Assembly (NCBI RefSeq): GCF_009914755.1
Contig: NC_060940.1
DNA: 64,000 nucleotides
Source: the human T2T-CHM13v2.0 reference genome, Homo sapiens
Strand: one strand, 5' to 3'
This document shows positions 1-15,558 of this stretch, piece by piece. The notes under the pieces are model-generated. The model was given only the letters and a program-made list of their open reading frames with translations, was not told the origin of the DNA and did no database searches. The position numbers and the translations under genes were made by a program. Every line of letters starts with the position of its first letter. Positions within the stretch are counted from its first letter, which is position 1.

Positions 1-164
1 ACATTTTACCTCTGTAAAGTCTTTGACCCCAAAACTCACAACCCCAGTCTTATGAGGAAAATCATCAAACAAAGCCCAACAAAGAACATTCTACAAAATA
101 CCCAACCAGTATGCCTCAAAACTACCAAGGTCATCAAAAACAAGGAAAGTCTGAGAAACTGTGG
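1..164 (+). mobile_element. Old L1 (L1MC/L1MD-type) 3' region fragment
   Basis: Resembles the L1M 3'UTR (aaccccagtct...cattctacaaaata...ctcaaaact...aaggtcat.aaaaacaaggaaag.ctgagaaactgt). Confidence 0.65.
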
Positions 165-169
165 TAAGG

Positions 170-526
170 TGGTATTGTTTGGGTCTGTGACCCCACCCAA
201 ATGTCATCTCAAACTGTGATCCCCACGTGTCAAGGGGGGAACCTGGTGGGAGGTGATTGGATCATGGGGGCAGTTTCCCCCGTGCTGTTCTCGTTATAGT
301 GAGGGAGTTCTCAGGAGATCTGATGGTTTAAAGGTGGCAGTTTCCCCCGGGCTTTCTCTGTCTCTCCTGCTGCCATTTGAAGAAGGTACTTGTTTCCCCT
401 TTGGCCATGGTTGTAAGTTTCCTGAGGCCTCCCCAGCCATGAGGAACTGTCAGTTAAACCTCTTACCTTTATAAATTACCCAGTCTCAGGCATTTCTTTA
501 TAGCAGTGGGAAAATGGACTAATACA
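170..526 (+). mobile_element. MaLR solo LTR (THE1C/D-MSTA type)
   Basis: TG...AATACA ends, THE1/MST consensus motifs, perfect 5-bp TSD TAAGG at 165-169 and 527-531. Confidence 0.9.
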
Positions 527-799
527 TAAGGGGTATGAGAAAATATAGGGTGTTTTGAAAACCTATAAAAGGGAAGATTCCCATGTCTCAGAAGAAGGGA
601 GCATAGGAAGATTTTACCAAGGAGCTGAAAAAGTTGTCTGAACAAAGAAAGTGGAAATAAGACTGAAGCAAAGTGGCTATTATTATTATCATTATTTTAA
701 CACTTGCTATAGTCTAGGGAACAAAGTGATCACTTTGTGTGCAGGCTCTTAGAACAACCACTTTCAGAGCTTCCAGCAACTCAGAGAAGACCTCTGTGC

Positions 800-965
800 T
801 GGAGGCCAGACATGGGGAGGAGGCCTTAAGGAAAAGCTAGAGCACTTTGACAGACGACAAAAGACCTTATTAAGATTCTTCTTTTAAAAGACTCAAGAAG
901 CCATTGAGAGGTTTTTAAGCGGAGACATAACATAGTAAGATTTGTGGGTTTATAACCCCTCTGTA
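800..965 (-). mobile_element. L2 fragment
   Basis: gaagccattgagaggtttttaagc...agatttgtg resembles antisense L2. Confidence 0.45.
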
Positions 966-2414
966 ATTCATTTGCTTGTTCCAAACCAGCCACTGCAAGG
1001 AAAATGGGGCTGCCCTAACTGGCTTAGAGTAATCAAAATCTATCCCTGGGTTGGAAAAGTGGTCACTTTCCCTTGAGTCTTTGGGTGTTCTTATCAAGTA
1101 GGATTTGGGTGTTGGTTGCCGGACAGGCACCAAACCATGTCCACCCCAGAGGTAGAGGGGATTCCCAAAGACCCATGGGAAGCCTCTGCAGGGCTCCAGG
1201 CGTGACATCACTGAGGTGCCTTGGACAGGCAGTAGACTTTGGGAGGACCGGATTAACTAATGTGCATTCAAGAGGTAGAATCAATAGTTTTTGTTTGTTT
1301 GTTTGTCGTTTTCTAGTTTTTGTTTTTGCTTTTTGTTTTTTGCTTTTTGTTTTTTTTTGATGGATTGGCTAGCTTGGTGCAAGAAATCAAGTTTTTATAT
1401 GATTATACTACATGGTTGTTTTCCTAAATTCAATTTCTTAGTAATCACATCCCAAAACCACCACAGGAAATACCGTTCTACTATAAATGTGAGTCTTCAA
1501 AGAGGGGTGTCAGCATTCCCTGTTAGTAACATAATATGAAATTCCATAAGAAGAAGGACCTAATAATTTACCGAGGATATTTTCTATCCCCTCCCATGAC
1601 TTCACCCAATGTTCCAGTTCTGAGCACTTAGAAACATTTCGGCCCAATTTGGAGTAATTTTTAATGGGAAAAAAACAAAAAGACATTGTATTCATCAATT
1701 TTAGGTGTAATAAAATGATGCCACTTAAGACTTCAATGTGATTAAATTTAAAATACAAATGTCTAGGTATAAAGTAAAACATAATGGCTTTTATTTAACC
1801 AGCTCCAGTCAAAAGCCCAGTTCAGATTTCCTGTGGTTTCTCATCTGCGTTTCCTGCTGAGTCATTCTTTCCATAAACAGCTTCTGAAATGATAAAGCAT
1901 ACATTTATCAACATGGATATTGCCATCTTTTCTTGTAGAGAACATTATCATGTTTATTCCACCCAGAAGGAAAGGGGGCATGCCTATTTGTATTATTACC
2001 CCCAAAATAACTCTGTAATGAATAAGCCCTCGGCAAATCATGGATCCGCTGTTCATCTATGCTCTTATTCTGATAGGAGCCTCGTACGTTCTTTGAAATT
2101 GCTCTGAGCTGCTACTTTGATATCCTTTGGAGCCATACATTTTGCTATGTACCTTAAACTTCATTTGGAGGCAATTTAACCCTCAGTATATCCACAAACT
2201 TAAACTGGGCAATTTCCTGAAGCAAAATATTCCTGCAATATGCGTGGTGTCTCATAAATGTGACCACTTGAAAACTGGTAAGGACTGCTCTGGAAATTAG
2301 GACAGTTCAAATTCAGACTAACTCAATAGCGATAAAATGGGTCTTTTGTTGTTGTTTTTGTTGTTGTGTTGTTGGTTTGTGGGGAATTTTTTTTTTTTTT
2401 TTGCCCTTTGGATT

Positions 2415-2960
2415 GTTAAAAATTTAATGATGGGCAAAGGGATGGGTACTCTCATAATATGCTGATAAGATGCAAATTAGTTCAGCCTTATTGGAAGGTG
2501 TCATAGCAATAGCTACTAAAATGTTTAGAATGCACATATCATTTGTTGCAATAATTTTGCCTCTAGATTATAGAAATACTTCATGTGCCAAGAAGCAATA
2601 ACTGAGGTGCCCCTGGTTGCAGTGGTTGCAATAGGATAAAATTATAAACAACCTAAAATCCATTGAGATTTAAATGAGCAGTAGCATATATCCATTCAAA
2701 AAGAAAGAGCTAGACCTATCTGATGATTATTAAGATATGCTGTTGAGAGAAAAATGTGGTAAAAAGTGAATCAACCTCAAACCCATGTTAGAGAATACTC
2801 TCCTAGGTAATTATCTATTGGGGCGTATATTTAGGTAGGTGCTTGGAAAAGGGTCTGGAACTGCAGAATCTTTTGGGTGCTCAGTAATTGAATGAATACA
2901 TGGTTGAACCAATATATGTTGTTAATAATTTTTCCCATTTGTTATCTGCCTATCTAATTT
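2415..2960 (+). mobile_element. Degenerate L1ME 3' fragment
   Basis: Decayed L1 ORF2-end/3'UTR motifs (aaattagttcagcc, aacaacctaaa.tccat). Confidence 0.5.
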
Positions 2961-3279
2961 CATTCATGGAGTTTTAAGCAATAAACTTTATTTTCAAAAT
3001 CTCTGAGTAATTGTCTTAGGATGGGGTGAATGTCCTTTTTTGTTGTCCAACTTGGCAGCTTTCTTTTCTTGCTCTTGATTTCACTCGACTGTAGCCAGCG
3101 GCAATTCTCAAACGAAATCTTACATTTCCGTGATTTTCCCCATGGCACCCTTTTTCTTCTCCCCACCCTTCCCCTTTTCCCTTGATAGCTTTTTTATCCC
3201 TCAAGGGAGAGTCTGGACATCGTTTCCGTGGAGAAGAGCCCCTAACAATCCTGGAATAAGGCAGGTCGCCTGTGGCTCA

Positions 3280-3400
3280 TACTATGATGTTATAAGGTTG
3301 TTGTGAGGATGAAATATCTTAATGCTTATAAATGATTTAGAACAGTGCCTGGCACATTGTATTGTGGGTGCTCTGCAAGTATGAACTGTCATTACTGACT
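3280..3400 (+). mobile_element. MIR
   Basis: MIR core ggttgttgtgaggat.aaat...ttagaacagtgcctggcaca. Confidence 0.75.
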
Positions 3401-3404
3401 GTTG

Positions 3405-3950
3405 TTACTAGACTGCAAGCTACATGAGGGTAGGAACCCCATCCATCTCATTTGCTACGGTGAAATGCAAAACATGGCCACATTGCTCCAGATTCCTCTC
3501 ATCCTTATATACACGTCCCTCTGCATTGTGATTTTGCCACTTTTCCCATCCGAAGGTGGAGTCCTAGTTCCTGCCATCTAAGGGAGCTAGTCTAAGCTAA
3601 CTCCCACCTGGTGGAGAACTGAGGCACGCCACCAATACCCAGGACCAAGAGACTCATATACTAGTGAGTTATATTAAAACTTCCAGCCCAGTTGACCCTC
3701 TGGCCGGATACATCCAGGTGAGCAAGCCTAGATGAGGCCAGCAGAAGAATTATCCAGCCAACCCACAGAATCATGAGTAAAGCAATATCATTGCCATTTC
3801 ACACTAAGTTTAAATACTAAGTATTGGGGTGGCTTGTTAGCCAGCACAGAATAACCAATAAATTTACCATTGTATCCTCTAGGATAGAGGATACAGGGCT
3901 GGTGCTAGTAGATGCTCAATGAATATTTGTTGAATAAATGAATAAGTGCA
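3405..3950 (+). mobile_element. L2 3' end interrupted by an MLT1 (E/F-type) LTR at about 3460-3862
   Basis: L2 tail (tagactgcaagct.catgagggtagg ... tgctcaatgaatatttgttgaataaatgaa) split by MLT1 motifs (gaactgaggc, ccagccaacccacagaatcatgag, ggggtggcttgtta). Confidence 0.65.
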
Positions 3951-3959
3951 TGATGCAGT

Positions 3960-4171
3960 GGGGGAGAGGGAGAAAGAAAAGAAGGAAGGAAAAGGAAAGA
4001 AAAGGAGGGAAGAGAGAGAGGGAGGGAAGAGAGAGAGGAGGGGAAGAAAAGAGAAAGGGAAAAAGGAAGGAAGGAGGGAGGAAGGGGAGGGAGGGAGGAA
4101 GGTAAGAAAGAAGAAAGGAAGGGAGAGAGGGAGAAAGAAAGGAAAAAAAGGAGAGAAGGAGGAAGAAAGAG
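3960..4171. repeat. GA-rich polypurine low-complexity tract
   Basis: About 210 bp almost entirely G/A. Confidence 0.95.
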
Positions 4172-4579
4172 ATGCAACTGTCTTATTCCGTTGGAAAGAT
4201 TAATGCCGCAGAGTAGGAGGATCGAGTTACAACAACCGTGATCTCTTTTTTTGCTGATTTCATAGACTGTGTACTTAGAAAGGGAAATGTGATCAGCCAT
4301 AATCGTCTAATCGCATTGGAACTACTTGGGGTGTCTTTTCTATGGAGAGTAAAAGAATGTCCAGATTTCAGATCCAGGTCCCCTGACTGCTTTAAAAACT
4401 AAAATGTCCATTAATACATTTCAGGAAACTACACTCGTATTGGTTGTCTTAGTTATTAGTAAGGTTGATATTTCTCCTTCCCTCAAACACAGATGAAAAA
4501 TGCCATTTGGGAACACTGACAATAATTTGAACTCTATGGAATTCTTTAGTTTATCTTTATCATGTATAACCGAAATCTT

Positions 4580-4880
4580 GGCCAGGCATGGTGGCTCACG
4601 CCTGTAATTCCAGCTCTTTGGGAGGCCGAGGCGGGCAGATCACCTGAGGTCGGGAGTTCGAGACCAGCCTGACCAACATGGAGAAACCCCATCTCTACTA
4701 AAAATACAAAATTAGCTGGGTGTGGTGGCACATGTAATCCCAGCTACTCGGGAGGCTGAGGCAGGAAAATCACTTGAACCGGGGAGGAGGAGTTGCGTTG
4801 AGCCGAGATCACGTCATTGCACTCCCGCCTGAGCAACAAAAGCAAAACTCCATCTCAAAAAAATAAATAAATAAAATAAC
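4580..4880 (+). mobile_element. Alu (AluSp-like)
   Basis: Full dimer, diagnostic ggtcgggag...ctgaccaacatggagaaa, TSD gaaatctt. Confidence 0.95.
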
Positions 4881-5398
4881 AGAAATCTTAATTTTCCATT
4901 TGTATTAAGTTCTTCTTATTCTTAGGCAGAACTAGAAGGCACAGAATCTTCAAAGCCGATGGATTGTGTTCATGTCTTCTTAGATTTCAGCTTTAAAACA
5001 GAGCTGAGAAGACAAAACAGATTAATTAATTCAAGTGTCACAATTGTAATTATCTAATTTGCTTTACTCCCAGATTTTCAGTATTTTAAATTCAGCCAAT
5101 AGTTAAGTTTTGAGGATTTATATGGCATAACATTTGTTAACCAACTGCCATAAAACCAAGTTTTTTAAAAAATCATTTCCTGGGGCTGATAGGGAGAGGA
5201 ATATGAAGAAAAAATAAATGGGGCACTTTTTTTTCATTGTTCATGCCAGAGAGTCAACAAATACCATCCGAAGTTAAAACATGGAGTTTAAGAAAAAGCT
5301 AATGACTTCAGCCTCTATGATTTTTCTAAACATTTTTCTTAACTTTAAAGGAACAGAGAACTCATTTCTCTTGAGTGTGTGTGTATGCTCCTGTGTCC

Positions 5399-5400
<2 letters not shown>

Positions 5401-5434
<34 letters not shown>
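5401..5434. repeat. (TG)n microsatellite
   Basis: Direct observation. Confidence 0.95.
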
Positions 5435-5437
<3 letters not shown>

Positions 5438-5757
5438 CTGTGTGGGTGTCTGTGTTTGTGTTTATCCAAAGGTCAGCAATTTCTTTAGTTTAACTTCAGA
5501 TTCTTCTACTGTCAAATCTAAGTAAAATCAAATGTTTTCTCTTTAAAAGTAGCATCTACAGTAAAATTCCCCGTTTTCAACTAATGTCTTTTTATTTGTC
5601 TTTTTATCCATGTAGCAGAGACCAAAGACTGATAATAATGGCTATTTCTGGGAAGCAGATTGCGAGTGTCTTTCCATTAGCATTATTATTCTTTGCACTT
5701 TTATACATTGTTCAATTTTTAAAAATACCATATATAGTTTTATGAATACTATAAAGT

Positions 5758-6640
5758 TGTCAACAAAAAGAGCCAAACTCTGTAAAATATTTAAAGAGGT
5801 TTATTCTGAGCCCAATATGAGTGACCAGGGCCTGAGACACAGTCTCAAGAGGTCGTAAGAACATGTGCCCAAGGTAGTTGGGCGACAACTTGATTTTATA
5901 CATTTTAGGGGGACAGGAATTACAGGCAGACATCAATCAATGCATGTATACATTGGTTCCATCCAGAAAGGCGGGACAGCTCAAAGACCTGGGGGTGGGA
6001 GAGTGGGTTCCACATCATAGGTGGATTCAAAGATTTTCTGATTGGCAATTGGTTGAAAGAGTTATTAGCTAAAGACCTGAAATCAGTAGAAAAGAGTGAC
6101 TGGGTTAAGATAAGGGGTTGTGGAGACCAAGGTTCTTATTATGTAGATGAAGACTCCAGGTAGCAGGCTTCAGAGAGAATAGATGTTAAATGGCTCTTAT
6201 CAGACCTAAGAAGGTGCTAGCCTCTTAGTTAATCTCTCCTGAATCAGGAAAAGTCCTGGAAAGGGAGGGGAATTCTCTAGAGAATGTAAAGACCACTTTA
6301 CAGGGCCATTTCAGAATATCTCAAAAAATATATTTTGAGGTAAAATATTTCCGTTTCTTTCAGGGCCTGCCATCTGTCATGTGATGCTATACGAGAGTCA
6401 GGTTGGAATTTGGTATCTTCTGGCTACAAAGAGTCTGTTTGATCAGCCTTACAATCTCTGTTTTAATGTTAATGCTGGTCCATTGTGCCTGAATTCCAAA
6501 GGAAGGAGGGCATAAAAAGGCATGTCCAACCCCTGCTTCCCATCATGGCCTGAACTAGTTTTTCAGGTTTACTTTGGAATCCCCTTGGCTGAGAGGAGGG
6601 ATCCATTCAGTCAGTCAGAGGGCTTAGAATTTTATTTTGG
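5758..6640 (-). mobile_element. MER4-group ERV1 LTR, nearly complete
   Basis: Reverse complement starts ccaaaataaaattctaagccc...gaatggatccctcctctcagccaaggggattcc, as in MER4. Confidence 0.85.
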
Positions 6641-6641
6641 G

Positions 6642-6931
6642 GGCTGGGCGCAGTGGTTCATGCCTGTAATCCCAACACTTTGGGAGACCAAGGCAGGCAG
6701 ATCACTTGAGGTCAGGACTTTGAGACCTGCCTGGCCAACATGGAGAAACCCTGTCTCTACTAAAAATACAAAATTAGCCGGGCATAGCGGCGCATGCCTG
6801 TAATCCCAGCTACTTGGGAGGCTGAGGCAGGAGAATCGCTTGAACCTAGGAGAGACGGAGGTTGCAGTGAGCCAAGATCGCGCCATTGTACTCCAGCTTG
6901 GGCAACAAGAGTGAAAAAAGAAAACAAAAAA
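6642..6931 (+). mobile_element. AluS, lacking the last bases before the A tail and with no TSD
   Basis: Alu dimer ending ...caagagtgaaaaaagaaaacaaaaaa. Confidence 0.93.
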
Positions 6932-7856
<925 letters not shown>

Positions 7857-7957
7857 AAGCTGTTCTGCCCAGAAACGTATACCATAAACACAGTAACATG
7901 ACAAACTGTGAAAAAGGCCTGATTTCCTCAATATGAAGAGTGCTCCCATGTATGAAT

Positions 7958-8487
7958 TGATAAGGCTCAGGACACACCACCCCAAAATATGAATCAAGGA
8001 GACCGCCATAGGCCACCCAAATATGCCTCTTTGTCATAAGGATTATTTTGACCTGGTTATTTTGAGAAACTGCAGACATAAAAGATCTGAAAAATTATCC
8101 TTTGTAAGAGAAATTGGTATTTGTAAAGGAAATCTCCATTTGAAAGGATGTCTCCCTCTAAGACTCTGAATCAGCGGAGAAGCCTTCAACTTAAATCTGC
8201 GCAAGCTCGCTTCTGCTTTCCAGGGCTTGTCCTGGCCTTCTCACCTTAAAGGGGCCTTTCCCCACCCTCCCTACTTTGTTTCAGCAAACAATGATATTTA
8301 AGCCTGAAGTTTATACTCTTTTTTTTTTAAGATCGACTCGTTTCTTTGGGTCATCTCCCACGTATACAGGAGGGATAAATGTTTTTAAATTTCTGTTTGT
8401 TTTCTCTTGTGCATCTGTCTTTTGTTATAGGGAGTCCCGGCTAAGAATTATGAAGGACAGAGAGAAAATTCTTTTTCCTACCCTGCA
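7958..8487 (+). mobile_element. MER34-group ERV1 solo LTR inserted in an old L1M fragment (about 7870-8680)
   Basis: TG...CA ends, ccaccccaaaatatg...aaggattattttga motifs, perfect 4-bp TSD GAAT (7954-7957, 8488-8491). Confidence 0.85.
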
Positions 8488-8884
8488 GAATCAATAAGAC
8501 AGACTGACAACTGCGCAGAAAAATAAGCAAGGCTATCAACAGACAGTCCCCAGTAAAACAAAAACAAACACTCACTACTCTTAAATAGATGAGAAGCTCA
8601 ATCTCACTTGTGGAAAAAATGAAAATTATGCAAGAGCTTCCCTTTTCTATCTATCAGACTCTGGCAAGGGGAAGAGGCTTTAAGTGCCTGCATGAGGCGG
8701 CGCTTAGTGTTTATATTTACTGTGTACTCTTAAGTCTTAGGGCCTTTTTGAATTTTATACCATGGGCATGTTTTGCCTTTTCAAAAATAAAGGTGTTTTA
8801 AGTGCAAGTATGCAGAAGTCCTAAGCAAAAGGGTTTGAAATGGAGAAGTTGCAGGTATTACCTCTTCTCCCATGGGGGCAGCTG

Positions 8885-9745
<861 letters not shown>

Positions 9746-10869
9746 CTCCAGGGTCAGGGGGAAGCAGGGTCATGCCGTGGTGCAGTGCCCAGCACAGAAC
9801 CCTGCACCTCTGTAAATGACTATTGGATTTGAATTTCAAATGCAACACCTCATCGTGTTAAGGGAAAACTCCCTTTACTATTTTTCCACTATTTTATGAA
9901 AACAGAGTGTTGAATCATGTTTTAAAATTGTCTGTTTCAATTATTAAAGCCTTTAAATATTTTCTCTTATTCCACGATAAATTACCTTAAGAACAAAGCT
10001 TATTTGGCCTTGGTGACTTTTCTTTAATGAGTTGTTTTATGCTGGTTGGTAAAATTTTATGAAGGACTTCTGCATCTATCATTACAAGTGCTATTGGTCT
10101 GTAATATTTTTGAGAAATGGGATTTTTCATGGTTCTAGGATACTCCATTTTAATAGGGTACCATAATCATCTAAGTTTCTGGGATTGAATACTAGAGAAG
10201 GGATTGCCTTAATTGTCTGTCTCTCTCTCTCTCCCTTTCACTCTCGTGTGTGAGTGCACGCGCATACACACACAAATGGGATCAAAAAATACATATATTT
10301 AAGACATAGATATATAGTGGGATTCAGATTTCTGTACCTGACCACCCACTTCCTCATATTCTGTAGAATTCATCTGGTCTCTCCCAAGGCCCCGTCTCAG
10401 GGATCATGGAACAAACTGCCTTTTGTCCCAGCTGCTGAATCAGGTCACACACAGCTGGCCGCTGGCCGTGCTCAGCCTCTCTCAGTTCCGTCTCTGCTTG
10501 CCCACCCCTCCCTGAGATGCGGTCTGGGTGTTTGGGAGACCAGGGGCCCCCATGGTACCCCTGACAGCAGAGGGAAGCACTTCTCAGGTCCAGGCGGTGA
10601 CCATGATGCGGTGCCGAGAGCCCCGTGGGCCTCCATCGTGTGAACTGGGGGCTGGGGTAAGCTCCCGAGATGGGTTTGTTTGGGACCCAAGAGACCCCAT
10701 GGCTGCCTCAGTCTCACCTCAGCCCTCTCCAAACTGAAGTCTCTTGTGAGTCTCCACCACGTCCTCCATTTGCTTCCCTGTCCCAGACCAGCCTATACCC
10801 AGCCTCTGCCTAAGGGTCACCTTGACCCTTTCTACCTGGGAACCAAGAGGAGACCAGTGAAGCCAGGAT

Positions 10870-11265
10870 CAGGTACGCCGAGTAATCCCTGCCTCCTTCA
10901 GAGAAGTGTCCTCCCCTGTCCCCGAGCCCGGTGCCCAGACACTTCTGCCTGTGGCTTCCAGTTGAGTTTGGCCAATGGTCAGCACCAGCTGAAGGCAAAA
11001 AGGAGGGAGAACAGGGCCTTCGGTTCTGTCCTCATTTTCTGATTCCCCCACTGTTGGGTCCTCTCCCCAGGGCCCAGCACCTATCGGGAGCCTGTCTGCC
11101 CAGCACCACCCGCCACTCTCAGGCCTGGGAGCAGCAGTGGCTCCTGCCTTTGCTGGCCCTAGGCCCTGTGGCCCCCTGCAGCGTTCTCTTGCTCTGCCCA
11201 CGCACGGTCAAGTTCCCAGTTGGTATGAGCCATCGGTTTCCTGCCAGGGGCCTGCTGGATATGCG
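10870..11265 (+). mobile_element. LTR33-like ERVL LTR
   Basis: ggcttccagttgagtttggccaatgg, ctcaggcctggg...gctggccctagg, gtttcctgccagg motifs. Confidence 0.55.
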
Positions 11266-11373
11266 AGGCCTCCCCTCCTAGTCTCACTCCATTACTGACT
11301 TCTCCCTGATGCTGAAGCGGTGTCCTTGTCTGGGGTAATCCCTGAGTATCCTTGCCTCATGCCAAGAAAATTA

Positions 11374-11814
<441 letters not shown>

Positions 11815-12048
11815 TTATAGACAGGCTTGAGGAGGGGGTGTCTGATTTACAGAGGGCCCACAGATTGGTTGGACCAGGTGTGATGTTTACACAGCATTTG
11901 GGGAAGCTGCCCATCCCACTCTAATCTTATTAAGCAAATTGGCTTTCCACTTGGTGGGTGCCATATTGTCTGCTCCTTACTGTACACTTGGCTGGCAAAG
12001 GGAAGGGAAGATGGAGCCGCCGTGTTGGACATGCGTAGACCCAGGTAA

Positions 12049-12552
<504 letters not shown>

Positions 12553-12756
12553 TAAATTCCGTATCAGTGCAGTCAGGATAGCAGAGAACTAAACAGGAAC
12601 CAGAAAAGAAGCCCTCCCCCTCAGGCTCCCTCCCAACTCCCTACCAGGGGTCTTCTCCAAGAGACCTAGCAAGACCCACACATCCACTCTTCCCCTCTGC
12701 TCCCTCCAGGTCTGTTCACCCCACAAACTTTGGGAGCCATGAGCAGAGGGCTTCCC

Positions 12757-12977
12757 CAGGCTGCAGTTAATCTATGAGCATCTTGGTGCAATTTAGAAAC
12801 AGGCACCTCCTTCCTCAGGACACTTTACTTCTATCTGGAAGAAAAATTGCTCTATTTATTTTGTATCTAGAAAACTGTCAGGACAAATCTATAAATCTAC
12901 AGTGTCTCTGCCATGAATGAAAGGTGCCCCTTACATGAGATCCTTGCACAGTGTGCAACCTGTATGCCCGGGCCCTG
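12757..12977. mobile_element. MER96/MER91-like hAT-Tip100 DNA transposon remnant
   Basis: cagg...ggtgcaatttagaaacaggcacc start and tgcacagtgtgcaacctgtatgcccgggccctg end. Confidence 0.5.
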
Positions 12978-14317
12978 CCTTCCTGGCTTTTCTTTGTCTA
13001 ATATGTTTGTGTTCCTCCCAGCTCTACTCTCATGACTGAGAACTAAGCATTTCTGCATCTTGGGAGGATCTCTAAGGTCAAGTGGTGAAAAACAACATCT
13101 TACTAGAGAGATCAAGTACCCACTCTGTCCCAAAGGTGACACCTTCCCGGTTTAGCCTGAGGAGGTAGACTGCTTCATGGAGGACCTGTTAAAAAGGGGA
13201 AGTTAAAATGTCGCAACTTAAATATTGGCAAATATATTTTGTCTTTTATATATGCTAGAGACTTTACTCATCTCAATCCTCACGTGCTTCATTTCGTTTT
13301 ACAGATGTAGAAATTGAGCTACCCCATGGCTCAGCAGCTCCTCCTAATGTACCTTGTGAAATGCTATAGGGTGAGGCTCTTCCCACCTCCAAATCCACTA
13401 ACTGCTCAGTAAATGGGAAAACAAGAATTCAGAGAGCACGGGGGATCTGTCTATTAGGACTCATTGTCCTCCACCCTGCTTTTTTTTTTTTTTTTTAATG
13501 TGGCCCTGGGGCATTTTTGGCCATCTGCATGTCTGGGCTTGCGAGAGATTGGATGCCAGTTTTCACTTAAGGAAAATTTTTACACTGTAGTCAAAAGCCA
13601 TTTAAGAAATAAACGCTGGGAAGATGATAATGGAAGTGCTGGTAACCTTTAATGACGGTGGCGCTTGCAAAACGTAGAGTTCAGGAAGGGCTGATGCTTG
13701 ATCCAAAAAGCTCTTGTTAAAATCCAATCTTCTTCCGCAATGAGCATTAGCAGGAAATGCTTGCAATGAACAAAAACACAGGAAAGGTTAATGGCCTCCT
13801 TTGCTATAACGATTCAGGGTTTTATCTCACGTTCCAGCTCATCCTCGGATCATGCATACGTTGAAGGGTTTTTTTTTTTTTTCTTTTTGGTAATCAGGAG
13901 AAAAATTGATTACCAAAATTATAATTAAGAGCTGGGAAAATATGCAACAATTTGGCTGCTTCATTTAGCACATATTTCAGGTTAATTGCATGATTTTACT
14001 AATGAAGATATTTGCATGAATATTTTCAGTGGCTACATTCAATTTATCATGTAATGAATACTCTGCTGAGCAGATGAGTTTCCTTTTTGTTGGACTTAGA
14101 ACATAGGCCACAACCCTCAGTGAGATGTGCAAGGAGACCGTTCTAGGCTTATGTGTCAGCCTCTCACTTAGTAATCTGGTGTACCTCCCTGGTAGAATTT
14201 ACACTATCCACTGTACAACCAGATCCTTTTCTAATTTTGAAAAAGACTGGAAGTTTCCAAAGAAAGTGGAAAAACAACCTTTATTACCCCTTTAAAAAAA
14301 AAAAAAAGTTTGTTAAA

Positions 14318-14442
14318 GGCCAGGCCCAGTGGCTCATGCCAGTAATCCCAGCATTTTGGGAGGCTGAGGCAGAAGGCTAACTTGAGCCCAGGAGTTCAAA
14401 ACCAGCCAAAAATGGGTAATGTAGACCCTATTTCAAAGAAAA
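14318..14442 (+). mobile_element. Alu left monomer (FLAM-like)
   Basis: Single left arm followed by A-rich tail. Confidence 0.85.
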
Positions 14443-14444
14443 GA

Positions 14445-15200
14445 TAACCACTGTTAAGGTTTATGGACATTCTATTTAAGTATTTCTTCTTTGGTAAGAA
14501 ATTTCTTGTTTCTTACCAAAATGAATTATACTATACATACGGTTTTGTATTTAATCTCCCTTTTTACTGAACAATATAAATTGTGAACACTCTCTTAATT
14601 AGTAAACATTTTTCTATCATTGTGTAAAGGTACAAAGTGTTTCATTGTGTGGAAGGGTCACCATTTATTTAAGTGATCCCCTTTTATTGGACCTTTAGGT
14701 TGAACTCAATTGTTCACTATTATAAGTAGCAGACAGTGAACATTCGTGAAGCTCTTTGGACACATCTAGAATTATTTCCTAAAGGTACATTTGTAGAGAC
14801 TAAATGATTGGAAAGCCCTGATAGAGACTGCCAAATCTGACCCCCTAGGAAGATACACATTTGAAATCCCACCAGCAGGTTGGGATAAGGCTTGTTTCCC
14901 TGCAGTCTCACCAACATTGGGGACCAACGCCATCCTTTCAAATGAGACCTAAAAACTGATCTCTTTGTTGACTTCGTTTGCATTTCTTTAGTTCCTACTG
15001 GAACGAGTGACTATTTATGGGCCATTTATGGTTCTTTGTAAACTGCTAGCTCAAGTGTTTTGCCCATTTTTTAAAAGTGGGGTTAATTTTGTTTTTGCTG
15101 CTTTGTAATTTTTTGGGGGGTCTTAAGAATATGGCCATTAAACTGCTATATATGGTACAAATATTTTTCCATTAATTGTAATATTTTTGTATTTGTGCAA
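14445..15200 (-). mobile_element. Degenerate L1ME
   Basis: Antisense L1 motifs (gtgaacatt, actgccaaa, gtttgcatttcttta, tttgcccatttt). Confidence 0.6.
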
Positions 15201-15558
15201 CAGCCAGCTTAGCTGCAACTCCCTGGTGAGTCCAGAGCTCCTAGCAACAGAGAGTTTGCGCTTTGAGCAGCTGCATGTGGAGAAAGCTGGGCCTGAGAAC
15301 CAGAAGGCCACGTGCCACCTCCCCCCAAATCACCGTTAGTGTCCTGAGCGAGGCAGAGGCTCCCTGGGGTGCAGATGGAAGAGGGTGGCTAGAGACAAGG
15401 GAGGACTCTGGGCTTGGGCGCCCCCAGCATTGGTCCAAGCTAACGCTGGGTTGGGAAAAGCTTTTGTTTCCAAGCAGAGAGTTCACATGAGTTAAATCTG
15501 GAAAACATGAAGAAATCTCAAAAAAACAGGAACTACTGTTCCTTTAAAAAGATATTTA

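Noticed and set aside
3905-4300. S/L/P/F-rich and E/K/R/G-rich ORFs
   Set aside because: They are translations of the polypurine tract.
10254-11281. GC-rich region with overlapping ORFs, as a possible exon or CpG island
   Set aside because: CpG is not dense enough, part of it is LTR33-like, and there is no recognisable protein or splice structure.
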